Source: a virus. From it: DNA of 64,000 nt. The stretch covers positions 42,358-106,357 of the IMG/VR virus record IMGVR_UViG_3300050343_000255; one strand, written 5' to 3'. The position numbers and the translations under genes are program-made. A model generated the notes under the pieces. The model made no database searches and was not told where the DNA came from. It saw only the letters and a list, made by a program, of their open reading frames with translations. This document shows, one piece after another, positions 19,301 through 31,819 of this stretch (within the stretch, counting starts at the first letter, position 1; each line of letters opens with the position of its first letter).

Positions 19301-20215
19301 AGTGACAGTACCATTAACTTTAATATCAAAAACTGCATTTACGCTATATCCACCACCATTGAACTTTATGTGAGTTACGTTGCTAATAGCCGGTGAAAAC
19401 TCTACTTTAATTGAACCCGACCCAGTGTTGCTAGTAGAACTAAATACGCCAGAGCTACTGTTTATGCCAGCAACAGTTCCGTATACTCCTGTTGAGCTTG
19501 TATATACAGCTGGGTATGTAATAGTTGGAGTATAGTTATAGCTACCATTAAACTTCTTCGGCTGCCACACACCGTTGTCATCAGTCTCACCAAAATCTGT
19601 TGCTGCTAATGCTTGACCATCGATGAAATGTACGTCAGCTAGATAAGCATCAAGATATTCAGAATAAGTTGGAATACGCCCAATACTATTTACGACTCCA
19701 GACAAATTTACAAGAGTGTCAGTATTTTGTGCTGCTATCGTTGCACTGCCAGTTCCACCAGCATCGACTTGATTTGTCAATTCACTATTAACATATATCT
19801 TGACGCGTTCGGCTGCTGCTGACTTCGTAAAATCTACAGAGAGTACTAAATGGTACCAAGCTGCGGGATCTCTTATAAATCTTTCGGTGTAAATATCAGT
19901 AATTGTACCGCCGTCATACATCTGAAAACAAAGTTTATAGGATCTTGATGCTGTGGGATCATCACCCATAAATCTAAATTCTGCATACTTAGACCCATCA
20001 TCAGCGGAAAAAAGAGCTTGGTCGTTTTTGTCAATATTTGCAAATTTTACCCATCCACTCCAAGTCCACGTCTTGCGATTACCTGTAGAACTTGGGGTTC
20101 TATTTAAGTACGCAGAATCACCTGAGTTAAACCTAAGACTACGTTCGATCTCGTAGCCACCTGCGCCTCCTTGTCCAGAGGCACCAGCGAGTATATTGCT
20201 TCCTACGAAACTCAT
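16313..20215 (-). CDS. Large tail fibre / receptor-binding protein with LamG/SPRY-like domains
   Basis: YEIERSLRFNSGDSAYL, GVNGFHLDF, GKWYAEF, GKIWWGKNG; frameshifted near the C-terminus (FASNPFKTARAR). Confidence 0.8.
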
Positions 20216-20931
20216 GAGTAATTAAGGGTAGCGACGGCTTGAATAGAGGTAGAGCTACGTACGATGTAATCGATACGATCTACCTGACTAGCTCCGGTTG
20301 AAAGTGTGGGTGCAGTTCCGCCTGCCCAATCCCAATAGGAGCCCCAACTTGCTGTACGACTTCCTGTTCCATCCTGTGTAATAAAGATTGAACCTGATTG
20401 TCCAGCTGTGATATTTGTTGGGTTAGCAATCGTCCGATTGCCTGCCAGAACTACAACGTAGTTATTTGAATCATTTAGATCTGGGGTAATTGTTGCTCCG
20501 TCTGTAAGAGTTGTAATCTCTGCACGTTGTCCTGCAGTCCAAGTATTTGCAACTGATAGGGATACACCACCAGCAGGGCTACTCCAGGAGAGTACGCCAC
20601 TACCATTAGTAGTTAGGAACTGACTATTAGTACCTGTGTTATTCGGGAGAGTTAGTGTATAACTTGCCGCCGCACTATGTGGGGGACCTTTAATCTTTAC
20701 ACCGTGTGAGTTGTTTTCACAATTTAGTGTAATTTGACCGGAGCCATTTGTTGCATCGCCTTTCGCTACAATCTCTCCATCAAAGTTGACGTCTCCAGTA
20801 AATGTAGCTCCTGCAAGCAGTGCGTAGTTACTCAAGCTTCCACCTGCTGTAATAGCAGATACCGTCAGTTCTACATCACTTCCACTGTTGTCATAAACTA
20901 AGGTATCAACTTTAATTTTCCCGTAAGCCAT
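20212..20931 (-). CDS. Tail-fibre adaptor / short fibre
   Basis: LNCENNSHGVKI, YTLTLP...L.TNGSGVLSW, ITQDGTGSRT. Confidence 0.75.
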   Translation of the reverse strand: MAYGKIKVDTLVYDNSGSDVELTVSAITAGGSLSNYALLAGATFTGDVNFDGEIVAKGDATNGSGQITLNCENNSHGVKIKGPPHSAAASYTLTLPNNTGTNSQFLTTNGSGVLSWSSPAGGVSLSVANTWTAGQRAEITTLTDGATITPDLNDSNNYVVVLAGNRTIANPTNITAGQSGSIFITQDGTGSRTASWGSYWDWAGGTAPTLSTGASQVDRIDYIVRSSTSIQAVATLNYS

Positions 20932-20994
20932 AATTAAATACTAGGCATCAATTCTCTAAACCTATTGTAGTAGATATTGGTCCTTACTCTACTT

Positions 20995-21505
20995 ATTAAC
21001 TAAGAAGGATTAGTAGGCCAAGTAATAGTGTGTGGAAAACCTTCTGCAGTGGGTACGTCACGTAATGCCTGGCGATATGTAACCCAAGTTGCCTTAACAG
21101 AATCAGACAGTGGGCAATCAGCTAATTGTGTCCAATCAGATTCAGCAATGAGCCTGTCTCGTTGAGCACGTACAGACGTTGCAGCTTCTGCATCAATACG
21201 TGCTTTGTATGCAACTTCGTTAGCTGCTGCTGTGGTTACAGCACCTTCGTCATCTGTAGTGTCGGTAAAAACTGGACCAGCGATGAACTTGGTAAACCAC
21301 TTGCCATCAACCTCTTCAATACCGTCACGAATACTGACGCCATAAGGGCCGTGACAGTTGCTGCTGGACCGTTTAGTACAGCGTCATAGCCAAAGCTATT
21401 TAAGACTTCTATCGTGATCTGTTTCGGAAAGCTGGTAGTGGGGTGTTCAGACTTGAACTGGCTGACAGTAGTGACAGCGCCTGTGGAGCGGTTGCGGATT
21501 TCCAT
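20995..21505 (-). CDS. Tail-fibre assembly chaperone, frameshifted
   Basis: R..RDRLIAESDWTQ..D...WVTYRQALRDVP...GFP. Confidence 0.75.
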
Positions 21506-21511
21506 GATTAA

Positions 21512-23503
21512 TTAAGCGATTGCGAGGAATAAGTAGGTGCCGCCACTAGCGTTAATGTCGGCAGAATTGCTGTTAGCAATAAAACCTGAGGAAAGTGGAT
21601 CAATATAATCAGTGTTTGTTACTTGTGATTCAGCATGGTTTACCTTTAAATATGGATCATTGCCACTACTAATTCCTCTTGTTGTGTCGTAAAGAAACCA
21701 GTCAGCGGTACTATCAGTGCGTTTAATCAATACAAACCTTGCACCATTCGTAAACCCACAGTCAACGTTAATGTCACTACCAGTTCCAGTGTAACTACCT
21801 ACTTTACTGATGCCGGGTAGGGTTGCAAATAGGTAGGCGACGTAGCGTTCTCCACTACCATTGGCTTCACTGTCAGATCCAACATAAAAGTTAGACGCAG
21901 TGGGTGCTGAGGCACCATTAAATGCAGACCCTGCTGCTACAGCACCAGCATCGTCTAAGCGCAATGCTGTACCAGCACCAAAAATACCAGTGTACTGAAC
22001 CCTCCAAGGATCAATATTATCAAATCTTTTTACTATTAATAGCTCTGGTGTAACACCTAAATTATGATCTACAGCACGATTGCTGGCTGCATCTCCTTTA
22101 TACACCACATTATCCATAAAACCTGGGGCACGTTTGAACATCCAAGCGTAATTAGCTGAATCCACGCCAGTATCTGTTCCAGCTCCATCCATCCGATCAA
22201 ATGTTACTCTTGTCAATGCGTTGTCACCTGTAGCGTTTGTGCTATTTAATTGAAGGTACTTGGATTTACCGGTCAATCTTGCCCTTGCTTGCCAGTTGGA
22301 TGCAGTAGTATCTCTAGTCCAAATCCAGTCAAGTGGAAAACCTGAATTATATGTTGGTGGAGTAGGACTTGTACCACCTCTGGTATCAATAGCAAACACT
22401 TCCGTCGCAGCTTCCGGCGGCTTATTCGGACGGCGAATTGCCATGTAGATGTAGGTGTCGCCGGACGAATTTACAACATCGCTAGATTGACTATCAATTG
22501 TAAATCCAGTACTTGTGACGTGGATTCTATACGCAGAAGTTTCTTGACCTGCGGAATCAAACTCCAACCGAGGTTGATCTAAACCATTAGATGCTGCTCC
22601 ACGCATAATATCAAACGTCTGCCAACTAGTAGAGCTAGTCGTAGAATTTTTTATAAAAAACCATTGTGGCTCAAAGCCCACATCAATGGCTTTAGTACCA
22701 CCATTACCTGTATAGCTTCCACATTTAATAATGCTTTCATCCTCATCAGTGCCAAACACTGGTTCGTCATGAGCAAAGACGTAGGCGACAAAATCATCAT
22801 TATCTTTATTTACAGACCCATGATCACCAAGTGTAAAATGCGTAGAAGTAGCTGTTGTGCTGTTCCAATAATTATTAGTACTTTCTGCTGTTGCAGTACT
22901 ATTTAACCGCATGTAATGAGTATTGGCAAGCGATCGATGGTAAACAGACCAGTCGTAACTGGAATCAAGATTTTTTATAATTATCATCCCAGGCACACTG
23001 CCTAAGCTATGTGCAATGGTTTTACCTGCAATACCATCTCCCGTCCAAGTAACTACATCAAAGAAACCAGGCGCTTTACGAAATGACCAGGAGACGAATT
23101 TTTTTCCACTCTGGTTAATAAGATTTGCAGCATCATCCGTAGAATTTGATGTAATTGTGAATCCATTAGAATTATATGAGTCTAAATAAGTATCTGACTG
23201 ACTCCCTTGGCTCGAGTCCGATCGTAATCTACCACCTCCACCTGCGCTTCCAGCAGAAGCTCCTGTTCTAACATTATCAAATAAACAGTGAAATTCAAGA
23301 TTAGTGTAAGGTGAAGATAAGGGCTCTCTAGCTTTAAACCAAACTAACCCCTTTTCACCAGCTAAATCAAGTCCATTTGTAATTTGCTTGGATAGCCCTG
23401 TACCCTCATACAAATACGTACTAAAAACATCATCAACGTAAACCTTCTCTCCACCTGCTGCACCTGCTGCAGCTAATACTGTTTGTTGTGTAATAGGATC
23501 CAT
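21512..23503 (-). CDS. Second tail fibre / receptor-binding protein
   Basis: Repeated GFFDVV.W.G and GSYTG.G...GF units; ends YLFLAIA. Confidence 0.75.
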   Translation of the reverse strand: MDPITQQTVLAAAGAAGGEKVYVDDVFSTYLYEGTGLSKQITNGLDLAGEKGLVWFKAREPLSSPYTNLEFHCLFDNVRTGASAGSAGGGGRLRSDSSQGSQSDTYLDSYNSNGFTITSNSTDDAANLINQSGKKFVSWSFRKAPGFFDVVTWTGDGIAGKTIAHSLGSVPGMIIIKNLDSSYDWSVYHRSLANTHYMRLNSTATAESTNNYWNSTTATSTHFTLGDHGSVNKDNDDFVAYVFAHDEPVFGTDEDESIIKCGSYTGNGGTKAIDVGFEPQWFFIKNSTTSSTSWQTFDIMRGAASNGLDQPRLEFDSAGQETSAYRIHVTSTGFTIDSQSSDVVNSSGDTYIYMAIRRPNKPPEAATEVFAIDTRGGTSPTPPTYNSGFPLDWIWTRDTTASNWQARARLTGKSKYLQLNSTNATGDNALTRVTFDRMDGAGTDTGVDSANYAWMFKRAPGFMDNVVYKGDAASNRAVDHNLGVTPELLIVKRFDNIDPWRVQYTGIFGAGTALRLDDAGAVAAGSAFNGASAPTASNFYVGSDSEANGSGERYVAYLFATLPGISKVGSYTGTGSDINVDCGFTNGARFVLIKRTDSTADWFLYDTTRGISSGNDPYLKVNHAESQVTNTDYIDPLSSGFIANSNSADINASGGTYLFLAIA

Positions 23504-23504
23504 G

Positions 23505-23981
23505 TCAGTTCACGTAATCAGCAAGGGCAGCGCCGCGATAACGCGTACCACCATCATCAGTTACAAAAACAAAAAGATGCGTTTTGCCTGCAGTAAGCGT
23601 TGGAGCAGTATCAGCAGGAAACTTAACACTATCAGGCCAAGTAACAGTGCCTGATGTATGAGTAAGTTCTAAAGTAAAGCTACACGCAGTACCACTTGCA
23701 GGAGGGTTAGAGAAGGTAAACGTAGAGTTAGCGCTGATAGTCTTGGTAAAATAATTACCAGTAGCAAGATCAATATCAAGAGCACCTACTGCTTCTGCTG
23801 TTTGCTTGTAAGGACCGTCAACAGCTACTCCTGCATTCAATGTTTGTAATGCTGTAAAGGTATTTGCACTTCCTGTGCCTGCCGTAGATCCCGCGCCAGC
23901 TAGTGCTGATATTGATACAGTTACATCAGTACCACTGTTGTCGTAGATGAGAGAATCAACTTTTAAATTACCGTAGGCCAT
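23505..23981 (-). CDS. Tail-fibre adaptor, paralogue of 20212-20931
   Basis: MAYGNLKVDSLIYDNSGTDV vs MAYGKIKVDTLVYDNSGSDV. Confidence 0.75.
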   Translation of the reverse strand: MAYGNLKVDSLIYDNSGTDVTVSISALAGAGSTAGTGSANTFTALQTLNAGVAVDGPYKQTAEAVGALDIDLATGNYFTKTISANSTFTFSNPPASGTACSFTLELTHTSGTVTWPDSVKFPADTAPTLTAGKTHLFVFVTDDGGTRYRGAALADYVN

Positions 23982-23983
23982 AA

Positions 23984-24539
23984 TTACTTTAGTACAAATA
24001 GAAGTGAGTTCGCTCCGACAGAAATAGTTATCGACGGATTGATGGCAACTGTCGGTCCCATCATTCCTGCATTTAGGTTTTCACCAATATCTTTATTAGT
24101 GATTAATGCTTTAGGTGTCTCTACAATGGTAACTTCTTTTGAATCAACGTACTGTTTTGTAGCAGCATGCAAAATTGCTGTGGGATCTCCATTAAGGGTT
24201 AGAAACCCTGTCATAGTTCCACCAGTAATTGGTAGACCCTCTGCACCTCCTCCCTGCCCCAGACTTACCTGAAAGAGTTCTAAAAGTAGAACTCGAAGGA
24301 ACTGTTAATACAACACCTGAGTTAATTGCAAGAGTTCCAACTGCACCTGTATTGGTGTTAGCAGGAACTACTTTATTAATAGTAAGTACAGTAGGTGTCT
24401 CTAGAAATTGACCCTCAGTTCCAACAGTTGAGGTTCCAAGTGTTTTCCACTTTTCACCATCATACGTATAGCGAATGCCATTACCTGCAACAAAAAGGTC
24501 ACCTGCACTGGGATTATTTGGAAACTGAATAGCGGCCAT
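23984..24539 (-). CDS. Tail-associated protein, frameshifted
   Basis: FPNNPS.G...YTYDGEKW; GGTMTG.L.L..DP....AATKQYVD. Confidence 0.65.
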
Positions 24540-24648
24540 TATTGCACTCCCTGCAGGTCCATGACATCAACAATGTATCTTTAGTATATCGAAAATTGCT
24601 ATTCGACTTCTTCTTTGGTTTCGCTTTGATCTTTAACTTGATTGTTCC

Positions 24649-24795
24649 TTATTCACCTTCACCTTCAAACTCTAATGTGTCTATCAGGCTTTGTACTAGG
24701 TTCACACTAAATGCTAGGAGTGTATTGTCACCGCTAGCTCTAGCTGCACCGAATGAGTTAATAGCAGATATTAGATCTGTTTTTTTGCAAGGCAT
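24649..24795 (-). CDS. Small hypothetical protein
   Basis: MPCKKTDLISAINSFGAARASGD...EFEGEGE*. Confidence 0.55.
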   Translation of the reverse strand: MPCKKTDLISAINSFGAARASGDNTLLAFSVNLVQSLIDTLEFEGEGE

Positions 24796-24837
24796 TTATA
24801 TAATTCAGCTATAAAGATTCTACTGTATTTATATTGA

Positions 24838-27282
24838 TCAGACTGCAGCCACTGTAAGACTTCCTGCGTTACTCACAGTAATTCTATATCGTGTGCTATC
24901 TGGGGATCTAATAATAATCCCAGCACCGTCTCCATTAATTTCAAGACGATCTCCTGGTGTTGCCGTACCAATTCCTAGATTGCCAGACGTATCCCAGTTA
25001 GGACCACCTGTACTTAAGTAGCTCGGAGTAATTGAACCAGTTGGAATACCACCATTCCAACTTGGATTCCCTTCTACCCATTGTGCAGAGTCTGTATCTA
25101 CATAGTAAATATAAGTACGTCCCTCATCCGAGTCATACCACTGATCACCTTCGTTAGCTGATGTTGGAGCAGCTGTCCCTACAAATGTTTGACGGCTACC
25201 AACTGTGATCCAACTTCCATCAGCACGCAGGAATTTCTGTGTACCTCCTCCAGAGAAGGGAACTAAACCGTTGTAGTTAGAAGTGAATGTAGGTAGAGCA
25301 ACACCAGTGCCTGTACTCGATGTAATAGTGGAGCTACTCGTTGTAAATCCAAGATTAGTTGCTGTACCAGGAGGAGATGCCCATGTTCCGTCTGCTCTTA
25401 AATAGTTAACTGATCCACCACCTGATGCTCCAGTAAGTCCTGCGGCAGTGCTGGTAAATAAAGGAATTGTTGCATCTGTACCTGTATCTGATTCAACAGT
25501 ACGTGTACCGATGTTATAACTCAGATTAGTCGTACCAGTAAAACTTGCGCTGGTATTAATAGAGACATCAGCGGAGCCATCAAAACTTACTGAACCTGTC
25601 AGATCTCCTGTTAATGAAATTGTGCGAGCTGTTTCAAGTGTTGTTGCAGTTGATGCGTTACCGATTAAGGCTGCTGTGATATTACGAGCAGTAAAATCAC
25701 CCGAACCATCCCGAGAAACAATTGCATTTCCTGAGTTTAAGTTCGTAGCAGTAGTTGCAGAGTTAGCAACCTTACCTGCTGCAGTAATAGTTGCCAAGTA
25801 GGTGTCTACAATTTCAGTTCCCTGCCAGACACCTGTACTGATTGTCCCTAGTCCAGTGAGGCTTGATCCTGTAATTCCACTTCCTAGTGAAGATGTATTT
25901 AATACTTCAGATCCATTAATATAATACGCTTTCCCTGTTGCTAAATTAAAGTGCTCACTAGACGTCCAGGCATCTGTACTATTCACCCATGACAATGTTT
26001 TATCTGTCGAACCTTTAAGAGTAATTCCTCCACCATCGGCAGTTGTATCCGTTGGTGTACTAACAACACCTAGCTGAATATTTCCATCTTTAATAGTGAC
26101 GATATTTGCATCTAGTGATACTGTCGAACCTGTGACAGATAAGATTACCCGCAACGCTTACATTGCTATCAAACGTGTTCCTATCCCTGTTACATCAAGT
26201 GTTCCAGGCACATCAATATTCGATGACCACTCAACATCGTTGCCAGCGGCATTAGTTTGTAGTAGTTGATATGCATTGCCATCAGCTAATTTACTAACTT
26301 GGATTTCAGCTGATCCACTGATGTCAGCATTGACAATACTTCCATCAACAATATTTGTAGATGTGACCGTCACATTGTTTGGTAAAGCACCAGCTGCAAT
26401 ATCACTTGGAGATACTCCACCAGCAATGCCAGACGAAGTAATCGTGATACCTGACGGCAAGCACCTGTCCCGAGTTTGGTTAATGCAATTGCTGCTGATG
26501 CATTAATGTCTGCATCAACAATTGTTCCATCAACAATATTTGAACTAGATACAGTAATCCCTGTTGGCAAACTACCTGTTGCCAGCTTTGACAATCCAAT
26601 AGCTGCACTATTACTTACATCTGCATCTTGAATTGTCCCATCAGCAATCATGGTACTGGTGACAGATCCTGTATCTCCAGTAGATACTAATGTTCCTGTA
26701 GTATCTGGCAGAGATAAAGTCCTGTCAGCAGTTGGCTCAATACTGTTAAGCGAATCTCATGAGCGTTGGCATTTGCCCCCTCAAAACAACCTTACCGTTG
26801 TTGAGATAAACATCTGATGAGTTAAGGTTTACACCTGCATTCAGGACAAGATTGCCTGTCATTGTGTCGCCGTTAGAATTCACATAGCGATCATCTAATG
26901 TCCCACTTTGATGACTAAGATTTGTAGGATCTGGAATTATAGTTACATCAAATTTTTCAGTACTAGCATCTACCCATTGAGTAGTTGTGCCATTATTGTA
27001 GTAGTAGTAAAGTCTATTATCGTCAGTATCAAAATATAGATTTCCTGCTTCTAATCCTGCAGGAGGTGTTGAAGCTGCTTGAATTGATGCCTCATATCCA
27101 GTAAATGATAGGTTATCTTTACCTGCAATTCGTACAATATTCACCATTACTATTTTTGATGAAGATAGCAGGATCACTAGCATTAAAGTTAACAGCTAAT
27201 TCACCATCCAGCATGTTAGGAGCTGTTGGTTGTTTTGCTGAACTACTGTCTAATACATTAGAGTGCTTTAATTGAATCTTCA
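24838..27282 (-). CDS. Long proximal tail fibre in several frameshifted fragments
   Basis: IADGTI..AD repeats, TTADGGGITLKG, A.TAT.L.TARTI, GDQWYDSD. Confidence 0.7.
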
Positions 27283-27320
27283 TCGAAAACGCCCTAGACT
27301 ATCTTCTTGATATATCTATT

Positions 27321-27554
27321 TTAACTGTATCTGTTAATTGGACTTTCTTCCTCAAACATCTTTGCTAAGTTTGAATGGATCTGATCTTGCAAGACTTTGC
27401 CTAGCATGTGTTGATATGTCATTAATAACTTAGTTGTATCTTTCAGACTATTTTGTAGTACCCCAACGTCTTTGCATGACTCAATGTCATCAGTAATTAC
27501 TCGTAGTGTTAATACCTTTTCAAGTGGAAGCTGATAATCTTCTGACTTAAACAT
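27321..27554 (-). CDS. Second NblA-like protein (divergent)
   Basis: LPLEKVLTLRVI...D...LQ..L....KLLM.YQ; two-helix NblA-like pattern. Confidence 0.4.
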   Translation of the reverse strand: MFKSEDYQLPLEKVLTLRVITDDIESCKDVGVLQNSLKDTTKLLMTYQHMLGKVLQDQIHSNLAKMFEEESPINRYS

Positions 27555-27598
27555 AAGAATCTATACGCAACTCTTATTTCTCACGATAACGTATATCT

Positions 27599-29486
27599 TT
27601 ATTGTTTGCCTTCAAATACTATATATGCTGTCTTGGTTGGATCTAAGTTAAGACCTCTAGATAATGCAAATACAATTTCTGATATTGAGATACCAGTACG
27701 TCTATACGAACGATCAAAGTTGTCATAACTCTCTTGTATTTCTTTAGCTAGTTTTTCTTCAAACCCTTCTCTTGCTTCTAATGTTGGATATTTATTCGGC
27801 TCGATTACTTTTATGTCTTCATTGAACATTGTTGCAATTGTATGCTTGCAAAGCTTGAAGCTTAATCGATGAGATTCTGATTCCCAACTACTGACTTTAC
27901 CTGCTGCTAATGATTGTCCTGCAATTCCATAGTCATCTTGTCCCTGTGCAGTAGGCAATGGATATCTTTTTTGCCTATTTGTTTTTCTTGTATCCTCATT
28001 CTGATTTGCTTGAGGCATACTCAACATAGACTGTGAATGGTTTGGACAGCTGCATGAGTACATGTCTGCTGGAAGTAACGTAGCACCAACAGTAAATACT
28101 TCATCCATCCATGGATTTACATCTGTATCTAAGTTTGTCCACTTAGTATCAGTTGTAGTATGACTTAGTAAAACTGTTGTCTGAGAATACTAATGTAGTC
28201 CCATTTGTTAGATCTGGATATAAATTGATCTCTGAAAAATATGGTTGAGCTTCAAATATAAAATTACCGTTTACAATATCTGACTTTTGTACTACAAAAG
28301 GCAAGATCGAATAAGAAATATCTTGTACTTTTGGTGATATGAAATCACCAGTTATATAGATTCCAGGAAAAAACTTTTGATAATCAGACTTTCTAAATAT
28401 GTATGATCCATCAATTGTAATAGATGCATTAGTCGTGCTAAATACTGTTGGCAGTGCAGTTAGATCTAGCATCGCTGGAGGCAGTGCGTTCACACCTTGA
28501 TCTAGTCCAACCAATGTTTGACTTGTTTCTGTCTCTCGCATTGAAAATTCAAAGAAGCGATCATCATCTGTGTAAGCTGAACTATCAAGTGATGCAATTG
28601 ACTTTTCAATAAAAAGTTGTCTACATAAATTACTTTGCCATCAAGCAAACTGGGATTGCTCAAGATATCTACTGAGCTTGTTCAGGCTTGTCTTTATAGT
28701 TGATACCTTGGTTTGGTACAAAACTTCCTGTATTATCACTAACAATTACATCTGCAATTGGTATGCTTACGTTTACAGTTGTTTTACTTTGAGTAAAACT
28801 TACTATCTTTTCTAATTCTGTCGATAACGTTTTGCCTTTATATAAACTTGGTAAACCCTCTGATGTCAATACTCTTTTTAATGTTGCTTCAGTTTTACCA
28901 TTTTGAGATAGTGGTCCATCAGCTATCCTGTCACCAATCATTTGAGGAAGTAAGTCTCTATTAGTAGTGTCTGGATTTATAGTTACATATATTTCTCCGT
29001 TTGCTTTGTTTGTTGGATAACAAGTGGATCGTTTTGAATACTGACAATTGTTCCTAACGATTTTGCTTCTGTGATTTTTTAACAACGTAATACGTATTGG
29101 TATCAGCATTGGCTGTGGGATACTCATATCCTGTGTAGGTATTATCAATCTCGTACGGCTTTCCTTTGTATAGTGTTGAATTAATTATTGCATCTTTAAA
29201 TGGTTTGTTGGTGACTGACTTTGGTAAGACCTGGATCGTAGCTAGTATCTTTGACTTTTAGATTTTCCCATGCAGCACGATTATAAATTTCAAAGCCTTT
29301 TCTCCACTTCACCCAATCACTATCTAGGTTCCATTTTTCAATAACAGTACGTTGCACAATGGATCCGTACTGACGATTACCTGGATAATATCCAGCAGCG
29401 CCAGTACCTTTACCTTTATCTAATCGTCCAAAGCCTTTAAATGCAAATGACTCTGAACTACCAAAGCCGTTCTGCTTTCTTGGCAT
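27599..29486 (-). CDS. Large hypothetical gene(s) in fragments; C-terminal SWIM-like zinc finger
   Basis: Four consecutive fragments; YSCSCPNH...LCKH. Confidence 0.45.
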
Positions 29487-29996
29487 CAATAGAATCCGCC
29501 GTGCACTCCAAGCAATGGAGCAGCTGTTGCAGTATCGTTTGCACTTTGTTTCTTAACAGCTGCCCATAGAGCTTTCCCTTTAGGAATATAAAGCGCTTGG
29601 AACTGAGTACCAATAACAATACTAGAATCTGTAGAACCTACTCCTGGTACTGGATTTAATACAATAGGCATTCCACCATAAACAGTCTTAGATCCTTCAG
29701 TTGTAGCTCCATTAAAGGTACCCAAGAAACAGCTTGAGAAGGAATCAAGAATATCCTTCACAGTTGCCAGATACATGTTCACTGTATAAGCAGTAGTTGT
29801 CTGCCTTGCAAGTGTATAGATCTCACCAAGGATTGCACCATCATTTGTGGTGCAATCAACGATCAGCTTAGCTCCGTTTGAACCACCAATGGTGATAACA
29901 GATGTTTGCTCAACTGTTGCACCGGCAAGGTCAACAATATTGTGCAGTACGTTATCAACTAGTAAGCGGTTGCTTATTAGTAGATGTAGAAGCCAT
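29486..29996 (-). CDS. Hypothetical virion protein, frameshifted
   Basis: MASTSTNKQPL...GVHGGFY. Confidence 0.55.
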
Positions 29997-30813
29997 TATG
30001 CATTACCTTTGTTTGATTTACCTTTCTTGGCGATAGTTGTTTTAGTGCTACCAGGAACCATTGCCATTGGGTCCGGCATCATTGCTGGCTGACCAGTTAG
30101 TCCCATAGCACTCTGTGGTTTACCATCATTGAGGTCCTGAGTTAATACCAACTGCTGCCATGTATAGTCTGCAGGAGCTTGCAGTGGTTTACAACCAAAT
30201 GGTGTGTTGCCTTGATTTTGCCAATGGCATTGATGTAGGAACTTCTGAACGTCCAATCATTGATGGGTCAACAGCACCCAATTGTGTTGCATTGACTAGA
30301 CCTTTATCTTGATAAGGGAATTTATTTACAGTCATGCCATTTGGTCCCTGTGGCATTGCACTAATTGAGGACCAAAGCTAACAACATTGTCTGGATTGTT
30401 ATTCTGTGTTGTTGGATCCCCTGGTGTCACTGACATGTTCATTGACAGCATCGCCCGTTTTGGATCCAGGTTGATTGAATTCTGTTGTGCTTTACTTAGA
30501 GCCATTATCAAATCCTCGTAGTTTGTTGACGATCATTGTTGCCATCGTCTGAATTACCAACAGCATTCCGATACATGGCAAGCTTTCTGTCTAGAGCATC
30601 TGAGGCCATATCAGTTTGTTGCTCTGCTTGAGGTTCAGGTTTTTCAAACCTTTCGTCAGGCATGGGTTCGCCAGTTGTAATTTGTGGCTGTACTCCTCCT
30701 ACATAAGGATTACCATCTGCTTGAGCTTGTGCTTGCTTAAGTTTCATCTGATAGTCAGCTTCCTGACTATTCATGGTAATTTTAGGAGCACCGTGTGTAT
30801 TTACGGCATGCAT
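29996..30813 (-). CDS. Two Gln/Pro/Met-rich hypothetical proteins (29996-30507 frameshifted; 30508-30813)
   Basis: ORF track and stop-start coupling. Confidence 0.5.
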
Positions 30814-30847
30814 AATTGTATGGTTTAAATCCTAAGACTATTCTACA

Positions 30848-31345
30848 CTTAACACCAACTTGTGCTGAGCATCATTCGAGTTCCCACAGCAGTATCAGCT
30901 GGTCCAGGTACTGCCAAGATAAACTCTGCACCAGCACGTTCAAATGCATATCGACGTACTTCTGGACGTCTGTAGTTTGGTACGTACAAGCTTTCAGCTA
31001 AACGATCAATTTCTCGAAGGTAGATCTCTCTAAAGTAATCATCACCTTTGAGTGGATCTGACGTTGAATTGTCCGATCAACGTCACCAGAAATAATTTCT
31101 TGACGTGATGGATTCAAGATCCTGCTTCCATTTGCATCGAAGTAATCATCTGGAATAGCAGCACTTGCTCGCCATGCAATATCACAACGTTTGATGTGAT
31201 ACACAATTTGCTCATACCAGTAGTTATCTGGAATAAGTGCCATCGCCTCTTCTAGGCGGGAACGATCACCAGCAGGAATCTGAGCACCAGCATTAAAGCC
31301 TAAGTGAAATCTAGTTTTTGACTTTAGATAATCGTCTAGTTCCAT
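30848..31345 (-). CDS. Putative head-tail adaptor, frameshifted
   Basis: Position after the capsid genes; MELDDYLKSKTRFHLG. Confidence 0.45.
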
Positions 31346-31819
31346 TACGCAGCTCCAGTGATGTTGCTGTAGGTATCAGCAAGGACAGATTGCAATTGCT
31401 GTGTTTCAGAAGGTGTTAGTGAACCTTCTGTCTGGAGTTTTGCTAGAAGTACTGGCTGCAGGATTGTCTTGCATTGCAGCTACCCTGTGCACCTGCTCCA
31501 AGTGCTCCACCTAGGATTGCTCCTACCAAACCCCCTGCAAAACGTGGTCCAGGTTTTACAGCTCTTACGCATTCTGCATTGGACCACTTACTACTAAGCC
31601 TTCTCCACCTGCTAAGCCGATCTTTAATTTATTAATTTGATTTCCACCTTGCATATGGAACTTCACCAGCTGCAGCACCAACAATGCACCTGCACCACTA
31701 CCTAATAAAGCAGTGGTGCCCAGTGCCCATTTGATTTTGTTGATCTTGCTGCGCTTTAGCTAGTAACGCCTCTTCAATACTAATTGCCATTACTATACTT
31801 TGACTTTAATATTACTAGT

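Noticed and set aside
16313-23503. Diversity-generating retroelement acting on the fibres
   Set aside because: No reverse transcriptase and no near-identical template/variable repeat pair with adenine-specific differences was seen
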